64,000 nt of DNA from assembly GCF_006345805.1 (NCBI RefSeq), contig NC_043003.1:96534001-96598000 (forward strand), in the 5' to 3' direction. Position 1 is the first letter of the stretch, and each line of letters starts with the position of its first letter. Positions 1-13,565 of this stretch are shown piece by piece. Source of the stretch: Octopus sinensis (taxonomy: Eukaryota). The notes beneath the pieces are model-generated. The model was not told the origin of the DNA. It saw only the letters and a list, made by a program, of their open reading frames with translations, and searched no databases. Made by a program: the position numbers and the translations under genes.

Positions 1-865
1 GCTGTATTAGAGACTAGGTTTTGAGCCCTCACCACCACTACTAAAAGAATGCACAGTAATGTTTTGAGTTAATTTGTTCCTGGAGACCACTCATATGGTG
101 GAAACTCATAAAGCAGAGCAATAATTTCCCATGGTAGCAATGTTATAAATTGTAATTCATTTCCAGAATAATATCTTTCCTATAAAATTTATAATACTTG
201 TAAATGAATGGCAATAAAACAACAGTAGAATGGAATGAGTATTTTATGTAAAGTAAAAAGAATGTCAAGATCACTCATAATTAAAAATATTATTATAATC
301 GTTTTCTGAATCACTTTCACTCGCACTAGACTTGCACACACCATCACTTGTAGACGCATTTACTGATTCATGAGCACTTGTAGACAAGTTTAGTGTTGTT
401 TGCTTAGAAGTTTTTTTTCGCTCTCTATAAATTTGTTGGTAACATACAGAAACATTTGTTATGGTACTAGAAACTTTTTCATGTCATTCAAAATTTGGAT
501 CTTGCGCTTGAAAAACAGAACTCATAAACCCAGTGTCTCGTAAAGCAGGTCCTTGTAAAGTGCTGTATTACTATATGCACATGGCTGCTATTGGAGTGAA
601 TGCAATTAGTTAGCTTGGGTCAACAAACTTGGTCAGTCCTGAATTAATAATCTTGAAGAACAAAAGAGCATCACTTATTAAAACAACTGCTTCAAAATGC
701 TTGCATGAGCATTATAAAATACAAACAACCCATGCTGTGAAAAGTTTGGTGATAAGGAATACCATTCAGCAACACAGCTATAAGCACCATGACAAGCAGG
801 AAGAAATGAGTAGAGATATAGTGCTGACTCTTTAGTTTTGTTGGCAACAATTTCTCTAGTGTTTA

Positions 866-1252
866 TCTTCTCTCTATATATAAACGGCAGTTTGTCTGTG
901 TGTGTTTCTGTGTGTCTGTTTGGTTGTACCCTCACTCTGACCACGGCTTTCAACCGATTCTGATGAAACTTGACACACACATAGCCCAATGTCATAATTC
1001 AAAACTAACGCAGCGAAAATTTTGAAAAGTTCCCCCAGTTCTGAAAAAAATCGATAAATTCGACATGGGGTCGAGAATTAGAAACACAAACCACAGACTG
1101 TCATGGGGACGCAACTCCACCTTTTTAACTCTCAAAAAAAATTTACCATCATTTTTTTCCCATTTTTTTGCTATATTTTGGCTATAACTATCTAAAAATG
1201 CTTTATAGTTATTTCCCTTACAAACCCGAGCAACGCCGGGCGATACTGCTAG
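866..1252 (+). mobile_element. Non-autonomous Helitron-like element
   Basis: Begins A|TC...TATATATAAA; ends in hairpin CCCG-AGCAACGC-CGGG (1225-1240) followed by CTAG|T (1249-1252). Confidence 0.6.
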
Positions 1253-1974
1253 TGCCATAATAAAATGCACTTTGTCTGAGTTTTTACTCTTTAACATTCA
1301 AATTACTCTGTAGAATGTATTGCTTATTTATTCTCATTGTTTGTGAATTAATCATGCAGTCTCATAGCTTCAAGATTTTGGTAACGTGGTTGTTTATTTA
1401 TTTAGAATAATAGACATTATAGAGTGGATGTGAGAGGCTGGATATAGCTGGTTTAGTCATAAAACAGGTAGAATATTTGGTCTGGACATGACCCGTAAAA
1501 TGGTCTGTGATAGAAAGTGTCTCCAGATGGTAAAAATTATGACCAAAATAACCTGGTAAACAACAAATTTGGCCTGGTTTTCAAGTTACTGTGTCAGATG
1601 ATGAAGGTCTGTAACATGTGGCAAGGTACACAGGGACAAATGCCAGCATGGGAAAACAGTTGGCATGATGATGACATTGACTACAATGATAATGTTGGTA
1701 GTTATTGTTGTTCTCCTCCAAGTTTACAACTCAGGTGGCATCCTGCAATTCTATATAAGAAACAATAGTCAAAATTATATGTTAGCTGGAAATAGTTGTT
1801 GTGTTTCTTTCCAGAGACAATTATATCAGTTATTACCTTACAGGGTATTGGTTGGCCTGGGGCTCTAGTAGAAGACACTTGCCCCAAGATGTCATGCAGT
1901 GGGACTGAACCTTATACTATGTGGTTGCAAAGAAAGTTTCTTAGTCACAGAGCCATGCCTGTTCTTACATAGGT

Positions 1975-2340
1975 AATAATAATAATGATTTCAAATTTTG
2001 GCACAAGGCCAGCAATTTTGGAGGAAGGAGTAAGTCAATTACATCGACCCCAGTGCTTTACTGGTATTTATTTTATCGACCCTGAAAAAAGAGAAGTTAA
2101 CCACGGCAGTTTTTGATCTCAGAATGTAATGATGCACGAAATGCCACTAAACATTTTGCCTGGCATACTAATGATTTTGTCAGCTTGCCGCTTTGATGGT
2201 GATGATGATGATTTCAAATTTTGGCACCAGGCCAGCAATTTTGGGGAAGGAGTAAGTTGATTGCATTGACCACAGTACTCAACTGATACTTATTTTATTG
2301 ACCCCCCAAAAGGACAAAACGCAAAGTTGACCTTGGTGGG
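1975..2340 (-). mobile_element. tRNA-derived SINE family B, two adjacent copies
   Basis: Shares the core cgaccccagtgc..actggtac..ttatcgacccc.aaaggatgaaaggcaaagt with copies at about 29775-29950, 30845-31082, 37490-37690, 53290-53545 and 54815-55040. Confidence 0.7.
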
Positions 2341-2600
2341 ATCTGTACTGGTGGCACGTAAAAAGCACCATCCGATTGTGGCCGTTTGCCAGTCCCGTCT
2401 GGCACCTGTGCCGGTGGCACGTAAAAAGCACCCACTACACTCACGGAGTGGTTGGCATTAGGAAGGGCATCCAGCCGTAGAAACATTGCCAGATCAGACT
2501 GGGTCTGGTGCAGCCTTCTGGCTTCCCAGACCCCAGTTGCACAGTCCAACCCATGCCAGCATGGAAAGCGGACGTTAAACGATGATGATGATGATGATGA
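2340..2600 (+). mobile_element. SINE family C with RTE-like 3' tail ending in (GAT)n
   Basis: Shared block gagtggttggc.ttaggaagggcatccagc.gtagaaac...ccaacccatgc.agcatggaaagcggacgttaaacgatgatgat. Other copies: 9355-9525 (+), 19375-19690 (-), 24290-24670 (+), 47560-48145 (-), 52325-52640 (-). Confidence 0.75.
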
Positions 2601-3039
2601 ATGTGAAGATGGACGAAATGCCACTAAGCATTTCACCTGACATGCTAACGATTCTGCCAGCTCGCCTCCTTAACAATAATAATCATCATCATCATCATCA
2701 TCATCACCACCACCACCAATATAGGTGCAGTATGGTTAAAAAGCTCATGTTGCTAGGCTTTGGCTTCACTGCACAGCATGTTGGGCAAGTTTCTTTGATT
2801 ACAGCCCCAGATAATCATTGTCTTTTGAGCGAATTTGATAGAAAGAAACAATGTGGAAGCCCATCATGTGTGTGTGTGTGTATGTATATGTGTGTGTGTA
2901 TGTATATATGTGTGTATGTGTATGCATGTGTGTGTTTGTCTCTGCCACTGCTTATCAACTGGTGTTGGTTTGTTTACATTCCTGTAACTTAGTGGTTCAG
3001 CAACGGAGACCAATAGAAAAAATAATAATAATAATACAT

Positions 3040-3700
3040 TGTGTACAGTGCTCAGGTGCACTACAACTAATCTAAAGTGTATGTATAGTACATAGGGTAA
3101 TGTACAAGCATCAGGAAAAGAACAGTGCATGAGTCATGACATGCACATATGTGTATGAGTATGGAAGGGGGCCAATCTGGTGTAGTTTTGGCAGATTTCG
3201 GAAAGCATGAGGGCCTTAAAGGATGCAGTGTCATGGCAGTCAACAACTGACGCAGGCAGTTTGTTCCATGCTTCAGCAACTCTGAGCGTGAAAAAATGTT
3301 TCCGAAAGTCATGGGAGCTGTGTTGTTTTCTGACTTTGTAGGCATGTCCACGTGTGTTGGACACATGGAGATCAAAAAGGTGTTCAGTGTTGTTGTTGGT
3401 GAGGTGGTTGATAACTTTGTGGGTGTTTACCAAGTCCATCACCAGACACTGGAGCTTCAGTGAATCCATGCCCAGGGAAACAAGGCGCTCAGAGTATGGT
3501 AGGTATCTGATGGAGGGTATGCGTTTGGCTGCATGTCTCTAAACAGATTCCAGGAGGTCAATGTTCTGAGCAAGATAGGGGTTCCAAACTGATGATGCGA
3601 ATTCCAAGTGTGGTCGTACCATAGCTGTATACAGCTTTAAATAGATGGCTGGAGAGTGGCTAACAAAAGTCTTGCTGAGTGATGCCAAGATACCAAGTAT
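3040..3700 (-). mobile_element. CR1-clade LINE, 3' fragment
   Basis: ORF 3134-3469 contains NTRGHAYKVRK...RKHFFTLRVAEAWNKLP, a typical CR1 ORF2 end. A second copy lies in + orientation at about 39645-39990. Confidence 0.8.
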
Positions 3701-4518
3701 CTGACTTAAAAGTTAGGGTTAGTTTCTTCAACTAAACCCTTTAAGGTGGTTCCCCAGTATGGCTTCCGGTCAATGACTGAAATAAGTAAACAATAAAAGA
3801 ATATGCGTAAGAAAAAACAAAAACAAGTTAACTCGCAGAGCAACATTCCTTGTAACAGATTTGAACTTGTAGTAAAGGACCCTATGATAGAGCACTTTAA
3901 CCACTCTACCACCATGTCTCTATTTTATTGCAATGGGGGAAGTGTTCGTCACCTGTAACAGCAGTTGGCACTAATACAAATTATGAACAAAAACTGCTTT
4001 ACGTCTTTATCTCTCTCAACACCTGTTCAATAGTCTATTACTGCCTGAAGTTGATAATGGCATCTCTTTATAATGACACTTGGATTACTGGAATTAGTAG
4101 CATAGCAGATTAGCATTTAGCTTTATTTAATTGATTGAATGATTATTGTTGTTGTGAGCTGGCTTGTGCTCGAAATATATTTACATTGTACCTGTTTGTG
4201 TATGTATATGCGTGGCAAGTGAGAGGGAAAGAGAGAGAGAGAGAGACACACACACACACACAATATCTGCATTTGAATGTTATTGAGACGGATGCAAAAT
4301 ATCAACAACTTACAGAGCGGCTTGGGATTAACAGAAAATATACATTTGGAAATTTCAATTTATTTTTTAACTTTTACTTGTTTCAGTCATAAGACTGTGA
4401 CCATGCTGGGGCCCTGCCTTGAAGAATTTTTAGTTGAATGAAATTGACCCTGGTACATATTTTTAAGCCAGGTACAAAAGCACACCAAGTGGTGGTGGGA
4501 GACAAACACAGACACTAA

Positions 4519-4551
<33 letters not shown>

Positions 4552-4561
<10 letters not shown>

Positions 4562-5172
4562 AAATGAAGAAAATGCTGACAAAATAATTTAAGTAAGGGA
4601 GAGTGTATTTAATTAGGTGAAAGTTCTTTTTACCGGTTGCGCATTTGTTATGCTTATCAAAAGATATTTTTTTAAGAGAGATAGAGTTCCTTTCTGATAG
4701 ATTTTTTTTCTCTTATCTGACTTTATGTTGGGTTTGCTGTCTCTTATATGTGAAAAAAGAGGCTCCAGAGTTGTTTAAGATTTGCTTGGTTTTGCGCCTA
4801 AGATTTCTTGTGGACAATGGTCAATACAATTTTGATTGGTCATTATAAAGGGGTCACGTGAATGTTTGAATGGAAGTTGGTGTTGGGGTAAGAAAATAGG
4901 CTCCAGAGATGTTAAAATTTGGCTAGTGTCGCGCTTAAAATTTCTTATTGGTCATAATAAAGAGGTCATGTGGATGTGGTCATAATAGAGAGGTCACGTG
5001 AATGTTTAGAATGAATGATGGTGTGGGTGGTGTATGGAGTTTTCGAAAATAGCATTGTTGAAAATTCTTATTGTTCAGGCTGGTCAGTAGACATCATGTG
5101 GATATTTTAAAAAGCTTTTTAGTGCATAGTTAAGGAGTGTATTTTCCGCCTGACTGCATTTGAGCTGGATGA
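4552..5172 (-). mobile_element. Probable Penelope-like element 3' end abutting (TA)n, with variant hammerhead motif
   Basis: High identity to 58821-59305 (+) and, over its terminal ~145 bp, to 58362-58507. Ends at (TA)n 4521-4553 and has an internal sub-repeat. PLE assignment is inferred from the HHR-like motif and the inverted-end structure of the 58-59 kb copy. Confidence 0.55.
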
Positions 5173-5690
5173 GTGTCCATAGCTTGCACTTGGTGCATCT
5201 TATAGAGTTTCTACCTACACCTTTTTTACAGATCGAGCAGGGCCATCTACCTGAAGGCGTTTGTGACTTGTCTACTTTCCTACTTATTAGGACTTTGGTT
5301 TTGGCTAGATTGATTTTGAGGCCCTTCGATTCTAGACCTTGCTTCCACACCTGAAACTTCTCCTCCAGTTCTGATAATGACTCAGCAATTAGAGCAAGAT
5401 CATCAGCATAGAGGAGCTCCCAGGGGCATCCTGTCTTGAATTCCTCCGTTATTGCCTGGAGGACTATGGTAAATAGGAGGGGACTGAGGACTGAACCTTG
5501 GTGGACCCCAACCTCTACCCGGAATTCTTCACTGTACTCGTTGCCAACCCTCACCTTACTAGCAGCGTCTCTGTACATGGCTCGCACAGCTCTAACTAAC
5601 CATTCATCTATCCCTAGTTTCCTCATTGACCACCAGATAAGGGATCGGGGAACCCTGTTGAAGGCTTTCTCCATGTCAACATATATCCAA
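5172..5690 (-). mobile_element. RTE-clade LINE reverse transcriptase fragment
   Basis: VDMEKAFNRVPR, GVHQGSVLSPLLF, LLYADDLALIAES, GLKINLAKTKVL, then WPCSICKKGVGRNSIRCTKCKLW. Confidence 0.9.
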
Positions 5691-5807
5691 TATTCTGCTA
5701 GTGAAGTACCCAACAAAGTTAATACATAAATGTTAAGGATTGCGATGCAATCAATTCATTTACTGTATTATATGGGCAAAGGTAAAATGATTTACCACAA
5801 ATTACTA

Positions 5808-6274
5808 ATACAAGATAAGAAAATGGAGAAATACATCTAAATCAAATATCAATTACCAGATAATACTCAATCACATACTTTATTAAACCACCACATAAGA
5901 GACTGTAGGGTTAAACATAAAAAAGCAGAACAAATCAGTGTACATAAAGGAATGTACATAAAAAAGTGTACATAAAAGAGTAATGTTGTATAAGTAGAAT
6001 ATATATAAAAAAGAGAATATAATATACTTATATTTATATTTATATTTACTTATATTTATATTCTCTTTTTTATATATATTCTACTTATTATACAACATTA
6101 CTCTTTTATGTACACTTTTTTTATGTACATTCCTTTATGTACACTTATTTGTTCTGCTTTTTTATGTTTAACCCTACAGTCTCTTATGTGGTGGTTTAAT
6201 AAAGTATGTGATCGAGTATTATCTGGTAATTGATATTTGATTTAGATGTATTTCTCCATTTTCTTATCTTGTAT
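5808..6274. repeat. Long fold-back palindrome (~210-bp arms)
   Basis: 5808-~6020 is the reverse complement of ~6058-6274 with only a few mismatches or small indels; the right end abuts (TA)n. Confidence 0.95.
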
Positions 6275-6276
6275 AT

Positions 6277-6324
<48 letters not shown>

Positions 6325-6431
6325 ATTTTTATATTTATATATTATTTTATTTATTAATTAATTAATTTATTTTTAAAATTTTTTATATATAAATATCAAA
6401 AGTATTAAAAGTTTAATAAAAGATAAAGTGT

Positions 6432-6530
6432 AAAACACTACGATCGTTTCATGGCTGTACCAATTCGAATAACAATAATTTAAATTCCATTAATAATTCG
6501 AGTTATGGTTACAGTCAATTTTCAGGTTAA
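6432..6530 (-). ncRNA. Degenerate minimal type I hammerhead ribozyme motif
   Basis: On -: CTGAAAA (6525-6519; G8>A), stem II TGACTGTA(A)CCA/TGGTACAGCCA, GAAA (6450-6447), palindrome CGATCG, then GUA triplet. Stem I is poor. Confidence 0.55.
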
Positions 6531-7973
6531 TTGAAATATTTAAAAAATAATCACAAATATTTAAACAATATTTTTAAGATATAAATAATATAATAATTTT
6601 ATTTATAATAAACTCTATTATCAAACTAGAAACTTAAAACTTAACAATTATGATTATATCAAAATCAATTATAATGTTAAATATTAATTTTAATTTTTAA
6701 GGTAAGAAACCCACCAATAATCTAATATCGGTAATAGTCTATATCTAATTACATAAATATTTAAAAAAAAAAAAAATGACTATTATATATAAATTATCAA
6801 TGAAAATATATAAATGTATATAAATATTATAATTAAGATCTAAAATAATCTCTATAAATAAATATATATGCACATATAATAAAGACCTAATAAATTAATT
6901 TTTCATATTTAAAGATGAAATAGCTAATTTCAAAAATACAAACAAACAAACTTAAACGAACTTTCGGAAATCTTATTTAAAATACTTATAGAAATAATCA
7001 ATTCGTAGTTATATAGTATCGAATAAATACTATAAATATATTTATCAATGGGAATAAACTAGCGAATATCAATTTAAAAAGACAATAACTAAGTTATGCT
7101 ATTAAGTTAGACATGGCCTCGACCAATCTTTGGTCGAAACATATCTAAGTTTATCTAATTTTAATTATAAGAAATTTAAAACTACAATTAATACTATTAA
7201 TACATGTATATACATAAACCTAACTTTAGACAACTCGTATACTTACTATCAAACAACAAAACTATCGCTAAGTAATATCTTACGAAAATAAACTTAAATT
7301 TAATATCTAATAATATAGAAAATTACGATAATTAGATCATTACATAAACAACGATATTTACATAAGAAAAATATTATTACACCAAAGACTTATAAAATAT
7401 TAAAATTTACAATTTAAAGATCTTAAATATAAATAAATACTTATCTTAGCGAGGTTTTGTAATGAACTAAAATTTTGAATCGGAAAACGTCTTTACAGCG
7501 TTTATAAGAATACTCGTGGAATTACGTTATTAGCAAAAAAAGAATAAATTGTTGAAGAATTCATTAAGCGTGAGGAACAAATACGCTTTATCAATGAAGA
7601 TTGTGAATGGGAACATTAATGGTTTATCAATAAGTGTAAATAGAATGAAGTCACAAATAAAGAATAAAATCACTCTATACTATAAGATTTATTAATGAAA
7701 TAACTATGATAAATAATACTTAATACAGAATAAATTAAATAATTTAAATGATTAAAAACCACTAATTATTAAATATACACTAAAAATCTTATATGATTAA
7801 TAAATATATAAAAAAAAGTTGTTTTTTTTTATAGTAACCCCTCAACGTACTATAAAGTCTTTCCCAATGCTCTTATAATTATAAGCTAAAATTAGTGATC
7901 ATTATCAAAAACTCTAAAATACTTATCAAAATTTGCGGTATAACTATACATACGTATACATATATATATAAAT

Positions 7974-8019
<46 letters not shown>

Positions 8020-8245
8020 TATATATAAACATATATATATACACACATACACATATGCACACACATACATGTACATACATACAATACTCAATATATACAC
8101 ATACACATATATACACACACCCACAAATAAATGTATATACATATATATACACGCACATCAACCTATACACATATATACATACACACACAAACACATATAT
8201 CATATAAATAAATACATATATAAATGTCTATATTCATACTTCAAT

Positions 8246-8286
<41 letters not shown>

Positions 8287-8788
8287 TTCATATATATAAA
8301 TGTACACATACACGTATAAGAGGAGTGCGTATATTTGGGTTGATAATACATGGTAGTTACAGATGAATGTCCCTTCATTTAAACAGTGTTAGTCATTTCT
8401 GCATAAACATGTTTGGCTATGGGGACATATTACCTTCCTTGGAAACAGATGGTGACCAGAAGGGCATCCAGCTATAGAAAATCTGTCTCAGTAAACTCTG
8501 TCCAACCCATGTAAGCATGGAAAAGTGAATGTTACAATGGTATTGATTGTGTAGGGTAAATAATTTATTTATGATAACAGGAAAAAAAATATTATACTTA
8601 TGCAGGTTGAAATTAAACCAGTATTCTTAGTTTGAATTGAAATTTCACTGAGGAACCTATGTAAATATTTGATCATCTGTGTAAAAATTTTACCCAAAGC
8701 ATTTTACTTAGAATGTTCTGTAAATATGTATGGCTTCATAAAATGTGTTAACAGTTCTTATGTAGTTTTCTCCTTTTTTCAATTTCAG

Positions 8789-9006
8789 CTGATGCTAATG
8801 CAACAAAAGGTGTAGTTGTGAAAGGTTTGCGGAAACACAGAGGCCCTCGATATGGCGTAGTACATTACAAATATTGCAATTTTTTCGTACGCTTAAGGGA
8901 AGGCTCACCACCAAAACACTACTACCCAGTAGAGGAAACAGGATACGAGAAACTGCAAAATTACCTGACTGAACAGAGAAAACGCAGAATTATATTTTCT
9001 CTTTAA
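8789..9006 (+). CDS. MRPL22: Mitochondrial ribosomal protein L22 (uL22m), terminal coding exon
   Basis: Acceptor tttttcaatttcag|CT at 8788/8789, phase 1. Reads ADANATKGVVVKGLRKHRGPRYGVVHYKYCNFFVRLREGSPPKHYYPVEETGYEKLQNYLTEQRKRRIIFSL*, which matches the recalled metazoan mRpL22 C-terminus (KG.RRH.RGRFG.V.Y..CHYFVRL.EG.PP..YY...R.R.I..SL). Upstream exons not found in 1-8788. Confidence 0.88.
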
Positions 9007-10854
9007 ATATTTAAAATAGTAGCTATCAAATTATTTTCAACCAAAATATGAACACATTCTTTTGAATTGTATTTGTTTCACTGCCTAAATATAACTATAT
9101 TAATGAAATTATTATTTGTTGATGATAATTTTTTTTTTACCTCTTTATGGGATGTTGATTGAGATGATTTTACAATCATTTATGAGAGTTCCATTTGGTT
9201 TCGACATTGAAATAAGTGTCGGTAAAAATATTGATGTATTTGCAAGAAGAAAGGATTCTGTTGTAAAACTTCAGCTAACCAATACACACAGAACACACAG
9301 AACAATGAATTGTTTTCAATTAGATTTTGGTTTTCTACACTTCTAATTTTTGGATCACATCACTACACTCATGGAGTGGTTGGCGTTAGGAAGTGCATCC
9401 AGCCGTAGAAACATTGCCAGATCAGACTGGGCCTGATGCAGCCATCTGACTTCCCAGACCCCAGTTGAACCGTCCAACCCATGCCAGCATGGAAAGCGGA
9501 CGCTAAACGATGATGATGATGATTTTAATAACAGTAAATGTTTATGTATTAACCCATTAGCTTTTAAATTGACCATATCTGACCCCAATATTCTACATGC
9601 TTTATGTTCAAGCAGGACAGATTTGCTTTCTCACATCTACCCTACAATGACTTTCTGAAAACTAAATAATCACATCATCAAAATCTGAAAGCTACAAGAT
9701 AATGTATGATTAATTTAAAACAATGTGAATATAAAAAGCATTACATTTGATAAAGTAATCTGAATGCTAAAAGGTTAAATACACACGATGGGAGTGGTTG
9801 GTGTTATGAAGGGCATCCAGCAATAAAAACCATGCCAGAACAGACAATGGAGCCTGGTGCATTCCTTGGCCTTACCAGCTCCAGTCAAACTATCCAACCC
9901 ATGCCAGCATGGAAAACAGATGGATGATAATAATGACAACAACAGTATTCGTAGGATTATGTACTGGAGTGAAGTATTTGCTTCTATTTGACTTTTCATA
10001 TTTTTAAAATCATTTAGGTCATCTGCCTCTGCTCTTTCTATTCTGTTGTCAGTTGATGATGGTAGGTAGTAATACCTTTCAATTAACTGACATTGAAATT
10101 GAGACAACAGAGGCAATTGGTAATGGTAAATTATAACTAGAAGCAAAACATAAACGAATCTTTTAGTAAATGCTAAATTTACCCGCAGCATTTCAATCGG
10201 CTGTATCAGGCCAAAATATTCTCTCAGTTTTATGTTTATACTAACCAGATCTGGCTTCTTACACCTACCCTACAATGTCATTTCTAAAGTAAAAAGTCAT
10301 TGAAATCTCGAAGCTACAAGACAATGTCTAAGTAATTCGAAATAATGTAAATATATAAGAATTATGTTTGATAGAGTAAACTGAATACTAAAGGGTTAAA
10401 ACAATCCAAAATTAAGTAGAATTTTTAGAAAACCAAAAGCTAATTATTTTGTTTTGTATTGGTTTGCAAGGTTCTTGATGTGAAATTGTGTGTTGAAACG
10501 GATTTTGTTGAATCTTGAGGGTCATTCCCTTTTATTATTAGTCAATTAGTTAACCATTTAGTCAATTAATTAATTGATTGTTTGATTAGTCAATCAGTCA
10601 ACCAGGCTCATCAGAGTCCTTTTGTTGCTGTTCACGACCACAGACACTCATTAAAGATTTCATTTTTCAATGCTGAAGTTTCACTCTGACACTGATCAGT
10701 TGCTGCCTTGAGAAACGTAGCAACTGGAAACTAAGAGAAAAAACAGAATGAGGTCTCAGCTTCAAATAAATGAATTAAACTCTCCTACAGAAATTGAATA
10801 CTTTATGCCTTTATTTGTGTATTCAATTATATGTAAATATACTGGGAAAGACTC

Positions 10855-11255
10855 AAGAGATTAAAGCTCTATTCCCTGGAGCGTAGGCGAGAAAGATATG
10901 CCATAATATATATCTGGAAGATCCTGGAAGGACTTGTCCCAAACTTTGGCATCGAGAGTCACACAAATGCCAGAACCGGGCGCCACTGCGTAGTACCAAG
11001 GACTCCAAATTTGCCATCAAGATGTAGGACAAGATATTGTGATAGCCTGGGCTTCAGAGGCCCACAGCTCTTCAATATCCTCCCAAAGAACCTGAGGGAC
11101 CTGCATGGTGTAGATGCGGATGTCTTTAAAGTAGGACTGGACCTCTTCCTGTCAGGTGTCCCGGATGAACCAACTTCACGGCAGGAGGTGCAGATGAGGG
11201 CAGCTGCATCGAACTCTCTCATGCATCAGATGGCGTTTGCTAAAAAGCATCCGTG
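10855..11255 (+). mobile_element. CR1-like LINE 3' fragment
   Basis: YSLERRRERYAIIYIWKILEGLVPN followed by SLGFRGPQLFNILPKNLRDLHGVDADVFKVGLDLFLSGVPDEP. A related decayed copy lies at about 62300-63450. Confidence 0.75.
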
Positions 11256-11699
11256 AGGTAAAATCGTGTAGCAAACCAAATGGCAGTGCCCCAGCATGGC
11301 CACAGCTCATTAGCTGAAACTGGAAAAATCAAAATCATATGTGAAAAACTATAACTTTGCAAATGCATATGTAGTTTACATAAGTCCTTTAAAATTTCGA
11401 AACAATAATTGAATAACTACAACAATTATTTTTTTAAAAAGTGAAGAAAATCATGCTCTTTGAATTTCTGATAAATTATTTATTCAATAATCCAAGTTGT
11501 AGGAAGTTGAAAAATAAATAAATAAATAAAAAACTAATAACAAATAATGAATTAATATTAAAACATATTACATTACAAAATAATTGTATGAATAATTTAT
11601 TGTTTTTCCTTTAATACAGATTTGGCACTATTATAATTTAAAAAAAAAATACAATACACACACACACTCACACACACATACACACTATCACATGCTGTG

Positions 11700-12720
11700 G
11701 ATGTTCAGAAAGGCACTGTGCATTTTTATAATCAAAGTTTATTTATATGTCAGATTCTGAGGTGACAAAAGTATGGTTTTTGATAATTAAGGGATGTCTT
11801 ATCATACTGAATAAGTTTTGAAAAAGTGTTGCTACACATTTAGTGCTACAACAATTGTTGATAAATTTCCAGATATAACAGTTCAAAATGATGATTCTGT
11901 TTGTGAATACTATTTACTGATAAATTCTGTGAAACAGGTCCATTGAAAGACACAGAATATTATGGAAGACCATTGAAGTTTACTGAAGACATATGATTGG
12001 ATATTTCTGCCTGTATGCTGCATAGTCCATCAAAATTATTAACCAAAGTTAGCGCAGCAGCAAGATATTGGACTTACCACTGCTCATAAGGCCATCAGAA
12101 CAGAGTAAAACTTTTCCTATATAAGATAATGACAGTATAACAACTGAAAGCAACTGATCACAGAGAGCCGATGTTTTATTGCAGATGGCTAAAACTGACT
12201 TGTTGAAGAGGAAACTGTTAGTGTTTTGGATGTTGCCTTCTTTAAAGGATGATGTATGTCACCATTTCTTGGGTTATGTTAATTCACAAAATACAGGGTT
12301 GTGGTTATCCAGTAATCCTTGCAGATTTTATAAAATACTTCCACATGATCTGAAAGTTGGAGTCTGGGTTGCAATTTTCAAGGGTTGCATTGGTGATCCT
12401 ATTTTCTTTACAGAGGCAATAAGCAATGAGTGCTATTATTTTTAGATTCTTCTCAACTTCACAGGATACATGACTTGAGAAGAAGTCAATTACTCATGGT
12501 TTTGATAAGATGGTGCTACCACTCACTCTTTGAATTGAAATCTTTGGGGACTGCATTATTTCAAAAGACTTGCAGCATACCCCACTTTCACTCCCAGGAT
12601 CTTAATCCACTTATCTTTTATTTATGATGAGCAGCAAAGTATTCTGTAGACTGCAAGTGTTAATACATGCCTAATGACTTGAAAAAGCAATAACTTCTTA
12701 TATAGGGTCCATTTCAAATG
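11700..12720 (+). mobile_element. Decayed Tc1/mariner-superfamily transposase remnant
   Basis: Residual HHFLGYVNSQNTGLW...PHDLKVGVWVAI..G.IGDPIFF resembles the FSDEA.FHL.GYVNSQN...KVGVWCAIS...IIGPIFF DDE block; multiple stops. Confidence 0.65.
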
Positions 12721-13565
12721 AAGAACCAATAGAAATAAAATGAGTCCAGGCCTGAATTGATGCTAAAGGACATCACTTTCAGCACCTTGTTTTGTTCATA
12801 ATTTCTATCTGTATCCCATATTGTGATATGTTTGCTAATAAAGAATATGTCAACATTGTGACCAACACTTATATATACATGAAATATATGTAATTAGTGA
12901 TACCCAAAGTATAGTGCTTACATGTTTAGAGCATGATCACTTATCAACAGAGTTTGGTTAATTAATTGCCAAAACAAGTCAGAAATATCAAAAGAAATAA
13001 GAACATGGTGATTTCTAATTAATTTGAAGTCATCTGGAATTATGCTACTGGAAAATGATGGTGACATATGTAATAGAACCCAACACTGTGAATGAAGGCT
13101 TTTTTACCAATTTGATAGTAATTAACTACAGAGATATATTTTGGATCTAGTAGTAAGATTTAGTGTAGCTAGTACTGTAGGATGGTACTTTGTCTTTGGT
13201 GAATCAAATCCATCATTTGAAACTACTTCCACTTATGTTGTTATTGGCCTTAGAATATCTTGACTTTCAATTATTTTTCTAATGTCTTGCCTATGTAAAA
13301 AATTATATTATTACAGTTGTTTTTATTAATGGTTTATTCTTTCAGAAAACCATATGAGTGTTATTAGTCACAGTCACTACAATTGCAGATGAAACATCTA
13401 ATGGTTACTAATTCATATCCACAGACTAGCTTGGCAAAAGATGTCAGTAAATGTACAATTATATGGTCTAAACCAAGAATTATTTAACATCATCATCCGC
13501 TGGATGTATTGACACAGATCCTTAAAGTGACATTGCAAGCTGAAGAGACTTTCTTTTATGCAACA

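Noticed and set aside
6776-7465. A 229-codon ORF appears if TAA/TAG are read as Gln (ciliate code), with an A-run before the ATG, suggesting transfer from a ciliate parasite
   Set aside because: G is so rare here that only about 4 TGA triplets exist in any frame, so a TGA-free frame is uninformative. G-phase bias is flat in the first part and favours a different frame after 7260. No recognisable protein motif, and the adjacent HHR points to a retroelement tail.
1-8788. Upstream MRPL22 exons
   Set aside because: A manual scan found no exon encoding the expected ...EAQ..AV..HNVEF.SNLW segment; they are probably left of the window, but a short exon could have been missed.
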